DNA of 64,000 nt from assembly GCA_947625225.1 (NCBI GenBank), contig CANQNQ010000003.1, positions 40,068 through 104,067 of the forward strand. The letters run 5' to 3'. This document shows, one piece after another, positions 1 to 10,145 of this stretch. The DNA comes from an uncultured Clostridia bacterium. GTDB taxonomy: Bacteria > Bacillota > Clostridia > Christensenellales > CAG-917. Positions within the stretch are counted from its first letter, which is position 1; each line of letters opens with the position of its first letter. The translations under genes were made by a program, and so were the position numbers. Below the pieces are notes generated by a model. That model had not been told where the DNA came from and did not search any database. It was given only the letters and a program-made list of their open reading frames with translations.

Positions 1-169
1 GCTTTGCCTTTTCGGCGTCAATGACTATCTGCTTTGGCACGCTGATGGGATTGTAGTAACCGATCTGATCGATGTACTGTCCGTCGCGCGCCTTGCGGGA
101 GTCGATTGCGACGATGCGATAGAAAGGAGCTTTCTTTGCGCCCATTCTTGTAAGTCTGAGTTTTACCAT
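1..169 (-). CDS. rpsP: 30S ribosomal protein S16, first 56 codons (gene runs off the left edge)
   Basis: Reverse-strand translation from the ATG at 169 gives [42 protein letters not shown], the canonical S16 N-terminus. It lies downstream of ffh, as is usual in Firmicutes. Confidence 0.9.
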   Translation of the reverse strand, partial: MVKLRLTRMGAKKAPFYRIVAIDSRKARDGQYIDQIGYYNPISVPKQIVIDAEKAK

Positions 170-213
170 TGTTTTATCCTCCTATAAGGAATAAGTATTT
201 TTTGTTTTGTTTT

Positions 214-1545
214 TCAGAACAGACCCTTCAGGCCCTTCAAGCCTCTGAGGCCTCCGCGCTGCATGCGGGACATCATTTCCTTCATCATGTCAAATTGTTT
301 GAGCAATTGATTGACTTCCTGTATGCTGGTGCCGCTTCCGCGCGCGATGCGCTTGCGACGTGAAGCCTTGATGATGTCGGGATTGCGCCTCTCCTGCGGG
401 GTCATTGACAGGATGATGGCCTTTGTGTGCGCCAATTGCTTTTCGTCTATCTGCACATTGCCCTTCATCTTGCCCGCAAGCCCGGGGATCATGGACATCA
501 TATCGTTGATGTTGCCCATCTTTTTCATATTGTTGAGCTGATCTAGGTAGTCCTCCAATGTGAAGGAGTTTTCCTTCAGCTTCTTTTGCATCTTGAGCGC
601 CTCTTCCTGCGAGAACGCGTTCTGCGCCTTCTCTATAAGCGTCAGCACGTCACCCATGCCCAATATGCGCGAAGCCATGCGCTCGGGATGGAAAGGCTCC
701 AGATCTTCGGGTTTTTCGCCCGTGCCGCTGAATTTTATCGGCTTGCCCGTGACCGCCTTTATGGACAGTGCCGCGCCGCCGCGGGTGTCGCCGTCAAGTT
801 TGGTCATTATGACGCCCGTCACGTCCAGGGTCTTGTTGAAGGTGTCCGCAACGGTCACCGCGTCCTGACCCGTCATGCTGTCCACGACAAGCAATATCTC
901 GGTGGGTTTTATCTCCTTTTTGACGCGCACAAGCTCGTCCATCAGCTTTTCGTCTATATGCAGACGGCCGGCGGTGTCAAGTATAACTGTGTCGTAGCCG
1001 TTTTTAAGCGCATAGTCAATTGCGCCCTTGGCTATCTTGACGGGATCGATCTGCCCCATCTCAAAACACTCCGTCTGCGCGTTTTTTGCGACCACTTTAA
1101 GTTGCTGTATCGCGGCGGGTCTATAAATATCTCCCGCAGCAAGCAGTACCTTTTTGCCCTGTTTTTTGAGGTAGACGGCAAGCTTTCCGCACATCGTTGT
1201 CTTGCCCGCGCCCTGCAGACCGCACATCATGTAAACCGTGGGCGGCCTGTCGGATACGGCAAGCTTTTGATGAGTGGAGCCCATCAGCGCCACCAGCTCG
1301 TCGTTGACGATCTTGACTATCTGCTGCGCGGGGGTAAGGGACTTCAATATATCCTCGCCCAGCGCTTTTTCGCTTACTTTGGCGGTAAAATCTTTAACGA
1401 CGTTGTAGTTTACGTCGGCCTCCAGCAAAGCAACGCGGATCTCACGCATCGCCTGCTTTATCTCCAACTCCGTCAATTTGCCCTTGTTGCGGAGTTTGGA
1501 AAAGATATGATTCATTCTGTCGGACAGACTTTCAAACAGCGCCAT
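214..1545 (-). CDS. ffh: signal recognition particle protein Ffh
   Basis: 443 aa. SRP GTPase motifs GLQGAGKTT and DTAGR are present, plus a Met-rich M domain (MGNINDMMSMIPG). It lies in ylxM-ffh-rpsP synteny. Confidence 0.97.
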   Translation of the reverse strand: MALFESLSDRMNHIFSKLRNKGKLTELEIKQAMREIRVALLEADVNYNVVKDFTAKVSEKALGEDILKSLTPAQQIVKIVNDELVALMGSTHQKLAVSDRPPTVYMMCGLQGAGKTTMCGKLAVYLKKQGKKVLLAAGDIYRPAAIQQLKVVAKNAQTECFEMGQIDPVKIAKGAIDYALKNGYDTVILDTAGRLHIDEKLMDELVRVKKEIKPTEILLVVDSMTGQDAVTVADTFNKTLDVTGVIMTKLDGDTRGGAALSIKAVTGKPIKFSGTGEKPEDLEPFHPERMASRILGMGDVLTLIEKAQNAFSQEEALKMQKKLKENSFTLEDYLDQLNNMKKMGNINDMMSMIPGLAGKMKGNVQIDEKQLAHTKAIILSMTPQERRNPDIIKASRRKRIARGSGTSIQEVNQLLKQFDMMKEMMSRMQRGGLRGLKGLKGLF

Positions 1546-1548
1546 ATC

Positions 1549-1875
1549 TCATTCCTCCATAATTTTTTTGATTTCGTTGACCGCAGCAAGCGCGTCACTG
1601 TCGCCTGTTTGCTCGGCGCGGACGCGTATTTGTTCAAGCAAAGCGGCTATTTTGGCGTCACGCTCCAAAAGTCCCAGCGCCCCGTCTATCTTTTGCAGGT
1701 GCTTTTCGCCCTTGGTGACCGCGTCCAGCACGGTCTGACGTGACACGCCCAGCGCCTCGGCGATCTCGCCAAAGGACATATCCTCGTCATAACGCATACG
1801 CAGCATGTCGTCCTGCTTGTTGGTGAGCAGCGCGCCATAGTAACTTCTCAAATCGGAAATTTCAAACCTGTCCAT
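1549..1875 (-). CDS. ylxM: YlxM/p13-like putative DNA-binding protein (UPF0122)
   Basis: HTH-like core LTNKQDDMLRMRYDEDMSFGEIAEALGVSRQTV directly upstream of ffh. The start was moved to the internal ATG (MDRFEI) because the predicted promoter at 1913..1941 lies inside the longer ORF. Confidence 0.8.
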   Translation of the reverse strand: MDRFEISDLRSYYGALLTNKQDDMLRMRYDEDMSFGEIAEALGVSRQTVLDAVTKGEKHLQKIDGALGLLERDAKIAALLEQIRVRAEQTGDSDALAAVNEIKKIMEE

Positions 1876-1912
1876 ACCGCATATCCGCCGTAAAGCCTTT
1901 TTACTTGACACA

Positions 1913-1941
1913 ATGATACTATAAATTTAGATAGCTGTCAA
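1913..1941 (-). promoter_or_regulatory. sigma-70-type promoter for ylxM-ffh-rpsP
   Basis: The minus strand reads TTGACA, a 17-nt spacer, then TATCAT. Confidence 0.5.
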
Positions 1942-1988
1942 GCAATTTTGCCTTACAGTCAAAAAATTATCACAGAAATTTTTGCATA

Positions 1989-2015
1989 CAAAAAAAAGCG
2001 GTCGTCTGACCGCTT
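1989..2015 (-). terminator. intrinsic terminator after ftsY
   Basis: Hairpin GCGGTC-loop-GACCGC followed by a T-run on the minus strand, directly downstream of the ftsY stop. Confidence 0.7.
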
Positions 2016-2037
2016 AAATTTTATTTAGATTGTTTAT

Positions 2038-2931
2038 TTACAACAATGCGTTGATAAAGTCCGTCGCGTCAAACGGTATGAGGTCGTCTATCTTTTCGCC
2101 AACGCCGACGTACACAACGGGCAGTTGCAGCTCCTCGGAAATGGCAAGCACTACGCCGCCCTTTGCCGTGCCGTCCAGCTTGGTGAGGATTATGCCGTCC
2201 GTGTCGATGTCCTCGCTGAATATTTTTGCCTGCGAAACCGCGTTTTGCCCCGTGGTCGCGTCCAGCACCAAAAACTTCCTGAAATCTGCGTCGGGCAATT
2301 CTCTGCCAACGACTCTGCATATCTTTTGCAGCTCTGCCATGAGATTCTTTTTGTTGTGAAGTCTGCCCGCCGTATCCACAAGTATGACGTCGTTGCCCTT
2401 TGCCTTTGCTGAGGAGATGGCGTCAAACACCACCGCCGCGGGATCCGCGCCCTCGCTGTGGCGTATCACTCTGACGCCGGCGCGCTCGCCCCACACTTCA
2501 AGCTGCTCGCTTGCCGCCGCTCTGAAGGTATCGCCGGCCGCAATGACTACTGATTTGCCCATATCCTTGAACATGTGCGCAAGTTTGCCAATGGCGGTAG
2601 TCTTGCCCACGCCGTTTACGCCTGAGAGCAATATCACCAGCGGATACTCATACTGCGGCACATCATAGTCGATGTCCTCTATCATAAGTTGGCGAAGGAC
2701 ATCCCTTGCGTCCTCGGGCTTTTTTATCTTGCGGGCGAAGCACTCGTTTTTGAGCTCTTCAATTAGGTTTTCCGTCGCGGTGATGCCCACGTCCGCAGTC
2801 AGCAAAGCCTCCTCAAGATTGTCATAGAATTCGTCATCCAGCGCCCTTGCCGAAAAGGCGAAGAACAGCTTTTTTGAAAAAGCGTCCTTTGTCTTTTTTA
2901 TCCCCTGCGCGATCTTCTGAAAAATGTTCAT
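2038..2931 (-). CDS. ftsY: signal recognition particle receptor FtsY
   Basis: 297 aa with motifs GVNGVGKTT, DTAGRLH and TKLDGTAKGG. Confidence 0.95.
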   Translation of the reverse strand: MNIFQKIAQGIKKTKDAFSKKLFFAFSARALDDEFYDNLEEALLTADVGITATENLIEELKNECFARKIKKPEDARDVLRQLMIEDIDYDVPQYEYPLVILLSGVNGVGKTTAIGKLAHMFKDMGKSVVIAAGDTFRAAASEQLEVWGERAGVRVIRHSEGADPAAVVFDAISSAKAKGNDVILVDTAGRLHNKKNLMAELQKICRVVGRELPDADFRKFLVLDATTGQNAVSQAKIFSEDIDTDGIILTKLDGTAKGGVVLAISEELQLPVVYVGVGEKIDDLIPFDATDFINALL

Positions 2932-2942
2932 AAAATCCTCCG

Positions 2943-5900
2943 TCAGTTGGCGTGTTTCACCGCTTCCTCAAACTCGATGGAAACTATCTTTGTTACGCCC
3001 TTTTCCTCCATAGTCACGCCGAATATCGTGTCGGCATGGCGCATGGTTGGCTTGCGGTGCGTGATGACGATAAACTGCGTATAGTCGCTGAACTTTTTGA
3101 GGAATTCCGCAAACAGGTTGACGTTTGCGTCGTCCAGCGCCGCCTCTATCTCGTCCAGCACACAGAAAGGCATGGGCTTAAGTTTGAGGATGGCGAACAA
3201 TATGGATATTGCCGTAAGCGCCTGTTCGCCGCCGCTGAGCAGGCTGATGTTCTGCAAGCGCTTTCCGGGAGGCTGAGCGAATATATCTATGCCCGCTTCA
3301 AGCACGTTGTCGGTGTCGTTGAAGTTGAGCCTCAGCTCCCCCTTGCCACCGCCGAACAGCTGGGAGAATACAACTTTGAAGTTTTCGTTGATGGCGTCAA
3401 ACGCGGCGGAGAACTTCTCCTGCATCTTCTCTATAAGGATATTCCTTGTAAGCACGATGTCGTCGTACGCCTTTTGCACGTCGTCGCGGTTGAGCACCTG
3501 ATGTTCCAACCTCTCCTGCGTCTCCTGCAAGGTCTGCAGAGCCAGCGGGTTGACGTTGCCAAGCAGGTTGATGGAGCGCTTGACGTCCGCTATATCGCCT
3601 ATCGCGCCGTGCGCCTTGAACTCCTCGTCCTTGAATTGCAGCGCGCTGTCGTAGGTCAGGTCGTACTCCTCCAGTATATGCTGTTGCATGTTGCGTATCT
3701 CGATATCCACGTTTTCAAGCATATTTTCGTCGCGGATGATCTTCTCGCTGATTGTGGTACGCTCGTCGTATAGGGACGTCTTTTTCGCGTCCAGCGCCTT
3801 GATCTCGTCGGAGATGGTACGCTTGCGCTCGGACAGCGCCGCTATTTCCTCTTCGAGTTGGGTTATGCGCGCGGCGTCCTTGTCGGACAGCACCGCTTTT
3901 TTGGGCGCGCTGGAGATGTTGTTAAGGTTTTGTTTTTGAGTTTTCAGAGCGGCAATTATGTCAAGCTTGTCCTCTTCGAGCTGACTGCGCTCCCTGCCAA
4001 GACGGAAGATTTCGCCATCCCAGGTGTCAAGTTCGCTCTTGCGCTCGGCAAGGTCAACGCGCATACGCGTCACGCGCTCGCTCAGTTCGTCGCGCTCAGA
4101 ACGTTGCTTGGTGTTGGACGTCTTGGAATTTTCAAGGATAAAGGTCATCTCCTCCTTCTTTTCCGCAACTGTCTTTTCAAGCGCGTCGATGCCGTTGAGC
4201 TGTTGGTCTATATTGTCAATTGCGGCTTTTATCTTTTCGGTCTCCTCGGCGTCCGAGCTTATTTCGCGCTGAAGTCTTTGCACTATCTCGCCGCTCTGCT
4301 TCGCCTTGTCCTCGTTGAGTCCGATCTCTATGCGCAGATTGGACAGCTGTTCGGAATATTTGGTGATAAGACTGTCGCACTCGGCGATCTCCATCTGCGT
4401 GTCGGCGTACTGCTGCTTGAGCAAGGCGATATTGCGCTTGTAATCCTCTATCAGCTGGGTAAACTTTTTTATATCCCTGTTGGTGTTGAAAAGATCCATG
4501 CCCGCTTGCTTTGCGCCGCCGGTGATCTCGCCGTTGCGGGTGAACACGTCGCCGTCGAGGGTGACTATCTTGACCTTTTGGCTGTACTTGTTGTAAAGCG
4601 CCAACGCGTTTGTGATGTTGTTGACTACTACCGTGTTGCCAAGCAACGTATCCACGATGGGCAGATACTTCGATTCAAATTTGACAAGATCGCTCGCCAT
4701 GCCGTAGCAGCCCGGCTCTGTCAGTATGCCCCTGCACTCGAATGGCATCACCCTTGGACGACAGGCGTTGAGCGGGCGGAAGGTTATGCGCCCGATGCCG
4801 TTTCCTTTCATAAAGTCGATGAGATCGCGTGCGTCGGTCTTGGTCTCCACGACCACGTTTTGCATTGCGCCGCCCACCGCATACTCGATTGCGGATTGAA
4901 ACTCTTCGGGCACGTCGATTATCTGCGCGAACACGCCCAACACCCTTGAGGATACAAAGGGATTGGTCTTGTACAATGTCATCAGCTTCTTGACGCTGTC
5001 GTAGTAGCCTTCGTAGTTGTTTTTGACTGAGTTTGCCATCTGCAGTTTGGACTGTGTTGCGCTCAGCTTGTTGTTGAGGTTGATTATGTCCTCGTTGAGC
5101 GCGATCAGAGCCTTTGAAGCGTCCTGTTTGCGCTGCAGCGTTTCGTTGTATGCCGAAACCGTCTGACGTGTCTTTTCCTTTGCCGCCTTAACGCTGCCGT
5201 CGTAGGTGGCGAGGTTTGTCAGCTCTGCGTCAAGGGTCTTTTTCTTTTCGACAAGCAGTTCGCGGATATTTTTGAGCCTCTCCTCGTTTATTGCCTTTTC
5301 GGACATCAACCCGGTGAGGTTGGTCTTCATCTCGCCAAGCTGTTCGATGAGGCGCACGTACTCCGTATTGCGGGTCTCGATATCCGTTTCGTTGCCCTCA
5401 AGCGTGCGGATAAACACGTCGTAGGACTTTTTCAATTCCTCATACTGCTTTGATATCTCGATATATTCCGCCAGCTTCTGCTCCTTGTTGCGCTGCGCGT
5501 TGTCTATCTGCTGAGATGACACAACAAGTTGCGCGTCCACGGACTGCAGATCATCGCTCAGGCGCGTTATCTCGCCCTGTATGTGGGATATCTTTTCTTT
5601 GATGACGCCCTGTTCGCCCTCTATACGCGCCGCGTCCACCTTAAGAGACAGCAATTCCGCATTATTGTCGTCGTACTTGCGGTCTATCTCGGAGGATGCA
5701 AGGATGCTTTCGTCATACTTAAGACAGCAGACGCGATACTCATCGTCCTTCTTTTTGAGCGCCGCGTCGGATTCCTTTAGCCTGTCGCTTATCTTTTGCT
5801 TTATGGAGCGGTTGTTTTCGTAGTTGTATATGTACAGATTTACCTCAAGCAGCTTCAGCTTTTCCTTCAGTGCGAAGTACTTTTCCGCGGTCTCAGCCTG

Positions 5901-6530
5901 CTTGCGCAAGGGGTTTATCTGTTTTTCTATCTCCGCGATCAGCTCGTTTGCGGTCTGCAAGTTCATCGCAGTCCTTTCAAGGTCGCGATTTGCCTTGTTG
6001 AGGTCGTCCCTCATGCCCGCGATCTCCGCCGCTTCCTCAAATATGAGACGTCTGTCCTCGGGCTTTGCGGACATGATCTCCGCCACCTTGCCCTGACCGA
6101 TGAGTGTGTAGCCGTCCTTGCCTATGCCCGTGTCGTGCAGCAGGTTGCGTATATCAGTCAGCCTTATGCGGTTGCGGTTTATGTAGTACTCGCTCTGTCC
6201 GCTGCGGTCCAGCTTGCGGGTGATGATGACCTCGTCATAGGGCATATTGGGGAAAATGTGACTGTTTTCGTTGTTGAAATACAGCGACACCTCGCAATAG
6301 GACATGCTCTTTCTGCGTTCTGTACCCGCAAAAATGACGTCCTGCATGCTCTTGCCGCGCAAGCTTTTTGCGCTCTTTTCGCCCAGCGTCCATCTTATAG
6401 CGTCCGCGACATTGGACTTGCCGCAACCGTTTGGTCCGATTATGGCGGTGACGCCCTCCTTGAAGGGTATCTCGACCTTGTCGGCGAAGGACTTGAAGCC
6501 TCTGAGTTCGATTTTTACAAGATTAAGCAA
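2943..6530 (-). CDS. smc: chromosome segregation protein SMC
   Basis: 1195 aa. Has an N-terminal Walker A (GPNGCGKSN), long coiled coils, a central hinge, a C-terminal LSGGE signature and Walker B (VLDEIEAALD). Confidence 0.97.
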   Translation of the reverse strand: MLNLVKIELRGFKSFADKVEIPFKEGVTAIIGPNGCGKSNVADAIRWTLGEKSAKSLRGKSMQDVIFAGTERRKSMSYCEVSLYFNNENSHIFPNMPYDEVIITRKLDRSGQSEYYINRNRIRLTDIRNLLHDTGIGKDGYTLIGQGKVAEIMSAKPEDRRLIFEEAAEIAGMRDDLNKANRDLERTAMNLQTANELIAEIEKQINPLRKQAETAEKYFALKEKLKLLEVNLYIYNYENNRSIKQKISDRLKESDAALKKKDDEYRVCCLKYDESILASSEIDRKYDDNNAELLSLKVDAARIEGEQGVIKEKISHIQGEITRLSDDLQSVDAQLVVSSQQIDNAQRNKEQKLAEYIEISKQYEELKKSYDVFIRTLEGNETDIETRNTEYVRLIEQLGEMKTNLTGLMSEKAINEERLKNIRELLVEKKKTLDAELTNLATYDGSVKAAKEKTRQTVSAYNETLQRKQDASKALIALNEDIINLNNKLSATQSKLQMANSVKNNYEGYYDSVKKLMTLYKTNPFVSSRVLGVFAQIIDVPEEFQSAIEYAVGGAMQNVVVETKTDARDLIDFMKGNGIGRITFRPLNACRPRVMPFECRGILTEPGCYGMASDLVKFESKYLPIVDTLLGNTVVVNNITNALALYNKYSQKVKIVTLDGDVFTRNGEITGGAKQAGMDLFNTNRDIKKFTQLIEDYKRNIALLKQQYADTQMEIAECDSLITKYSEQLSNLRIEIGLNEDKAKQSGEIVQRLQREISSDAEETEKIKAAIDNIDQQLNGIDALEKTVAEKKEEMTFILENSKTSNTKQRSERDELSERVTRMRVDLAERKSELDTWDGEIFRLGRERSQLEEDKLDIIAALKTQKQNLNNISSAPKKAVLSDKDAARITQLEEEIAALSERKRTISDEIKALDAKKTSLYDERTTISEKIIRDENMLENVDIEIRNMQQHILEEYDLTYDSALQFKDEEFKAHGAIGDIADVKRSINLLGNVNPLALQTLQETQERLEHQVLNRDDVQKAYDDIVLTRNILIEKMQEKFSAAFDAINENFKVVFSQLFGGGKGELRLNFNDTDNVLEAGIDIFAQPPGKRLQNISLLSGGEQALTAISILFAILKLKPMPFCVLDEIEAALDDANVNLFAEFLKKFSDYTQFIVITHRKPTMRHADTIFGVTMEEKGVTKIVSIEFEEAVKHAN

Positions 6531-6698
6531 AATGTTACTCCTTTGTCATCCCGCGCAGCGCGCGCGGGCAAATGTATATCTTTACCTATCTATTATAAAG
6601 GAACACGACCGATTTGGCAAGAAAATAACGAAATTAAAAGAAAATGTTTCACAAATTTTGTGAAACACTACTAAACAGTGGACATCTTACATATCACA

Positions 6699-7391
6699 TC
6701 ACGTACGAACGCCCTCTATGTGTCTTAGCGCGCGCTCAGCGGCCTCCTGCTCTGCCGCTTTTTTGCTCTTGCCCCTGCCTCTGCCCGCCGCTACGCCGTC
6801 TATAAATACGTCCACAGTGAAGGTTGGGTCGTGGGGTTGACCCGCCTGCTCCACCGTGCGATACTCCACCTCCAGCCTGTGGCGAGAGGCAAACTCGTTA
6901 AGCTCGGACTTGAAATCCGTGCAGTTCTCGTGCTTTACGGAGCCGTCGAAGTGGGACTTGAGCGCCTCGAACACAAACTTTTCCGCGCATTCAAGACTGC
7001 CGCTGTCAAGATATATCGCGCCCACCACCGCTTCAAACAGATTGGAGCGCACCTTTGTGTTGCAGGTAATGTGTTGCGCGGTTTCGCCCTTGCCTACAAT
7101 GAGGTATTTGTCTATGCCAAGCTGCGTGACTGCGTTTTCAAGAGGAGTTTGCGACACTATCTCCGCGCGACGATGGGTAAGCGCGCCCTCATGAGCGTCG
7201 GGATTTTCCTTAAGCAGACGTTTTGCCACCGCGAAGCCCAATATGCTGTCTCCCAAGAATTCCAGCGACTCGTAATTTTTTGTGGCGTCGCCGGTCACCG
7301 AGCTGTGAGTAAAGGCGCGCTGTACCAGCGCCTTATCTTTGAAGACGTAACCTATCCTCTTTTCAATTTCTTTGATGATCTTTGCGTCCAT
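6699..7391 (-). CDS. rnc: ribonuclease III
   Basis: RNase III signature ESLEFLGDS and a C-terminal dsRNA-binding domain. The start is set at MDAKIIKEIEKRIGY; the Arg-rich extension of the 394-aa ORF overlaps plsX and is not credible. Confidence 0.93.
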   Translation of the reverse strand: MDAKIIKEIEKRIGYVFKDKALVQRAFTHSSVTGDATKNYESLEFLGDSILGFAVAKRLLKENPDAHEGALTHRRAEIVSQTPLENAVTQLGIDKYLIVGKGETAQHITCNTKVRSNLFEAVVGAIYLDSGSLECAEKFVFEALKSHFDGSVKHENCTDFKSELNEFASRHRLEVEYRTVEQAGQPHDPTFTVDVFIDGVAAGRGRGKSKKAAEQEAAERALRHIEGVRT

Positions 7392-7474
7392 ATCGGTTGG
7401 TAAAGTATTACAATTTTCGGCGTATTTTGTAACACTCGTTTGCAATTTATCGTGATTTTTGCAGTGTTTTGCCG

Positions 7475-8515
7475 TCATTGGTCGCTGCCCGCGACAGCGT
7501 CGGCAGTTTCGGTATATTTTGAGATGTCCTCGCTTATCTTTTTGCAGATGTCCTTTTGGGCAAGCTCTTGCGCCTGCAAAATGCTTGCGCATATGGACTT
7601 GCGCTTGGACGCGCCGTGCGACTTGACGATGACCTTGCCAACGCCGAGGAAGCACGCTCCCCCGTTGGAGTTGTAGTCCATCTTGTGCTTGACATCTGCA
7701 AAAACGCCCTTGAGCATAAGCGCGCCTATCTTGGATTTCAGCCCGCCCGAATACACGCCGTCTTTGATGAGTTTCAGCATCGCCTCCGCGGTGCCCTCTG
7801 CGGATTTGAGCGCTATGTTTCCGTTGAAGCCGTCCGCGACAACCACATCGAAGTTGCCGCTGAGTATATCCCTTGCCTCGCAATTTCCCACAAAGTTGAT
7901 GGCGTCGGAGCCGCTGAGCAGTTCAAACGCCTGTTTGGTCTGCTCGTTGCCCTTATGCTCCTCCACGCCGTTGTTGAGCAGTCCGACTCTTGGATTTTGT
8001 ATGCCGAACATCAGTTGCGCGTAACCGGACGCCATGATTGCAAAGTGCATGAGGTACAACGGCTTGCAATCCACATTTGCGCCGCAATCGCACAGCACGA
8101 CGCCGTGCTCCTTAAGCGTGGGCAGTATAGGGGCAAGCGCGGGTCTGGATACGCCTTTTATTCGGCGTACTTTCATCACCGATCCCGCCAGCACCGCTCC
8201 CGTGGAGCCTGCCGACACCATCGCCGCCGCGTCCTCGTCATGCATGAGGATGTCGAACGCCTTTACAAGCGAGCTTTCCTTTTTGGTCTTTATCGCCATG
8301 GTGGGGCTGTCGTCGTTGGTTATCACGTCCGCCGCGTCGACGACGCTAAGCCCGTCGGCGCTGCAGCCGTTTGCCTTGATGACGTCCTCAATGCGTTCCT
8401 TTGCGCCCACCAGCACAATTTCAAGCGAATTGTCCGCCTTGACGGCGTCCGCCGCGCCCAATACGATCTGCTCGGGTGCAAGATCTCCGCCCATAGCGTC
8501 CACAACAATCTTCAT
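7475..8515 (-). CDS. plsX: phosphate acyltransferase PlsX
   Basis: 346 aa with N-terminus MKIVVDAMGGDLAP, typical of PlsX. Confidence 0.95.
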   Translation of the reverse strand: MKIVVDAMGGDLAPEQIVLGAADAVKADNSLEIVLVGAKERIEDVIKANGCSADGLSVVDAADVITNDDSPTMAIKTKKESSLVKAFDILMHDEDAAAMVSAGSTGAVLAGSVMKVRRIKGVSRPALAPILPTLKEHGVVLCDCGANVDCKPLYLMHFAIMASGYAQLMFGIQNPRVGLLNNGVEEHKGNEQTKQAFELLSGSDAINFVGNCEARDILSGNFDVVVADGFNGNIALKSAEGTAEAMLKLIKDGVYSGGLKSKIGALMLKGVFADVKHKMDYNSNGGACFLGVGKVIVKSHGASKRKSICASILQAQELAQKDICKKISEDISKYTETADAVAGSDQ

Positions 8516-8565
8516 ATCCGCCTCTTTCTATAAAAAAAGAGTGTCGCCACTCTTTTGCAACAAGG

Positions 8566-8757
8566 TTACTTCTTCTCGGCTTTTTGTACGTCGATGACCT
8601 GCTCTCCCTTGTAGTAGCCACACTTGGGACATGCGTGATGATCCTTCACCATTTCGTGGCAATTGGGGCACTCGACCAGATTGGGAGCGGAGAGCTTCCA
8701 GTTTGCAAAACGGGAATTGGTTTTGGATTTGGATACCTTATTCTTTGGAACTGCCAT
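8566..8757 (-). CDS. rpmF: 50S ribosomal protein L32
   Basis: 63 aa. Begins MAVPKNKVSKSK and has the CPNC...CPKCG zinc ribbon. Confidence 0.95.
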   Translation of the reverse strand: MAVPKNKVSKSKTNSRFANWKLSAPNLVECPNCHEMVKDHHACPKCGYYKGEQVIDVQKAEKK

Positions 8758-8903
8758 TTTATGTTACCTCCGACGATATGACGTTATCTGAATTTTAACA
8801 GCCCTCTAAGTATATATAATAAATACACGCTTGTCAAACGCTTTTTTGAAATTGTATATACTTGAGGGCAATTTTTTGCATATTTTGCCGCTGCGCGCAC
8901 TTT

Positions 8904-10103
8904 TCAGCGCTCTGCGCACACAAGCTGTTTGGTTTCGCGGGCGATGGACAACTCCTCGTTGGTGGGCAGGATGATCACCTTGACCTTGCTGCCCGCTTTG
9001 GATATTTCCCTTACGCCGTCGATGTTCTGCTCGTTGGCGTCAAAGTCGAAGTCCACGCCGAGATAGTCCATATCGCTCATCACAAGCCTGCGCATATACG
9101 CGCTGTGCTCGCCGATGCCGCCCGTAAACACTATCGCGTCCACGCCGTTGAGGGTCGCCGCGTAACTACCTATGTACTTCTTTATGCGATACGCCGCGAC
9201 TTCCACCGCAAGCTCCGCCTTTTTGTCGCCCGCTTTTACTGCGCTCTCCAAGTCGCGCATGTCTGAGCTGAGCTCGCTTACGCCGCGCATGCCGCAGTTT
9301 TTGTTGAGGTACTGCACGACGTCCTCGGCGGTCATACCCAGCTTTTTGCGGATAAATTCCACCGCGGCGGGGTCTATGTCGCCGCTTCTTGTGCCCATCA
9401 CCAGTCCTTCAAGAGGCGTGAATCCCATGGAGGTATCCATGCACTTGCCGTCCTTGACAGCGGAAATGCTGGAGCCGTTGCCCAAATGGCAGACGATTAT
9501 CTTGCTCTGCTTTTTGCCAAGCAGTTTTATGGTCTCCTCGCTGACGAACTTGTGGGACGTGCCGTGAAAGCCGTACTTGCGCACCTTGTAGGTTTCGTAC
9601 ACGCTGTACGGGATGCCGTACATATACGCCTTTGCGGGCATAGTGCTGTGGAATGTGGTGTCAAACACCGCCACCATGGGCACGTTGGGCATGACCTCGC
9701 GGCAACTCTTGATGCAAGCTATATTTCCGGGCATGTGCAGAGGTCCAAGCTCCGCATTCTTCTCGCAGATGGCGATGACCTCGTCGTCGATGACAACGGA
9801 AGATGTGAAGTCCTCGCCGCTGTGAAGCACGCGATGTCCCACTGCGGAGATCTCGTCGGTGGACTTTATCGCGCCCGCCTCGCTGTCGGTCAGCGCCTTA
9901 AGCACCAACTCTATGGCTTCCTTATGGTCGCTCATATTCTGTTTAATGTTCAGCTTTCTGCCGTCCGCGGTCTTCTGAGACAGCTCGCCGCCCTCCATCG
10001 TGATGCGCTCGCACAGACCCTTGAGGATGGCTTCCTCGGTGTCCATATCTATCAATTGATACTTCAAAGACGAACTGCCTGCGTTGATAACAAGTATTTT
10101 CAT
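8904..10103 (-). CDS. ackA: acetate kinase
   Basis: 399 aa. Begins MKILVINAGSSSLKYQL and is adjacent to pta. Confidence 0.97.
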   Translation of the reverse strand: MKILVINAGSSSLKYQLIDMDTEEAILKGLCERITMEGGELSQKTADGRKLNIKQNMSDHKEAIELVLKALTDSEAGAIKSTDEISAVGHRVLHSGEDFTSSVVIDDEVIAICEKNAELGPLHMPGNIACIKSCREVMPNVPMVAVFDTTFHSTMPAKAYMYGIPYSVYETYKVRKYGFHGTSHKFVSEETIKLLGKKQSKIIVCHLGNGSSISAVKDGKCMDTSMGFTPLEGLVMGTRSGDIDPAAVEFIRKKLGMTAEDVVQYLNKNCGMRGVSELSSDMRDLESAVKAGDKKAELAVEVAAYRIKKYIGSYAATLNGVDAIVFTGGIGEHSAYMRRLVMSDMDYLGVDFDFDANEQNIDGVREISKAGSKVKVIILPTNEELSIARETKQLVCAER

Positions 10104-10145
10104 GTTGACTCCGTTTATATTTATTTGCGCAATGCGCTCAAATTG

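Noticed and set aside
586-1743. 385-aa ORF on the plus strand
   Set aside because: It is entirely antisense to ffh and ylxM. It has an Arg/Leu/His-rich composition typical of shadow frames opposite genes with GC-rich third positions, and no RBS.
7392-7883. N-terminal extension of the rnc ORF (394-aa version)
   Set aside because: The extension is Arg/Gln/Gly-rich, overlaps the 3' end of plsX in another frame, and precedes a clean start (MDAKIIKEIEKRIGY) that gives a normal-length RNase III.
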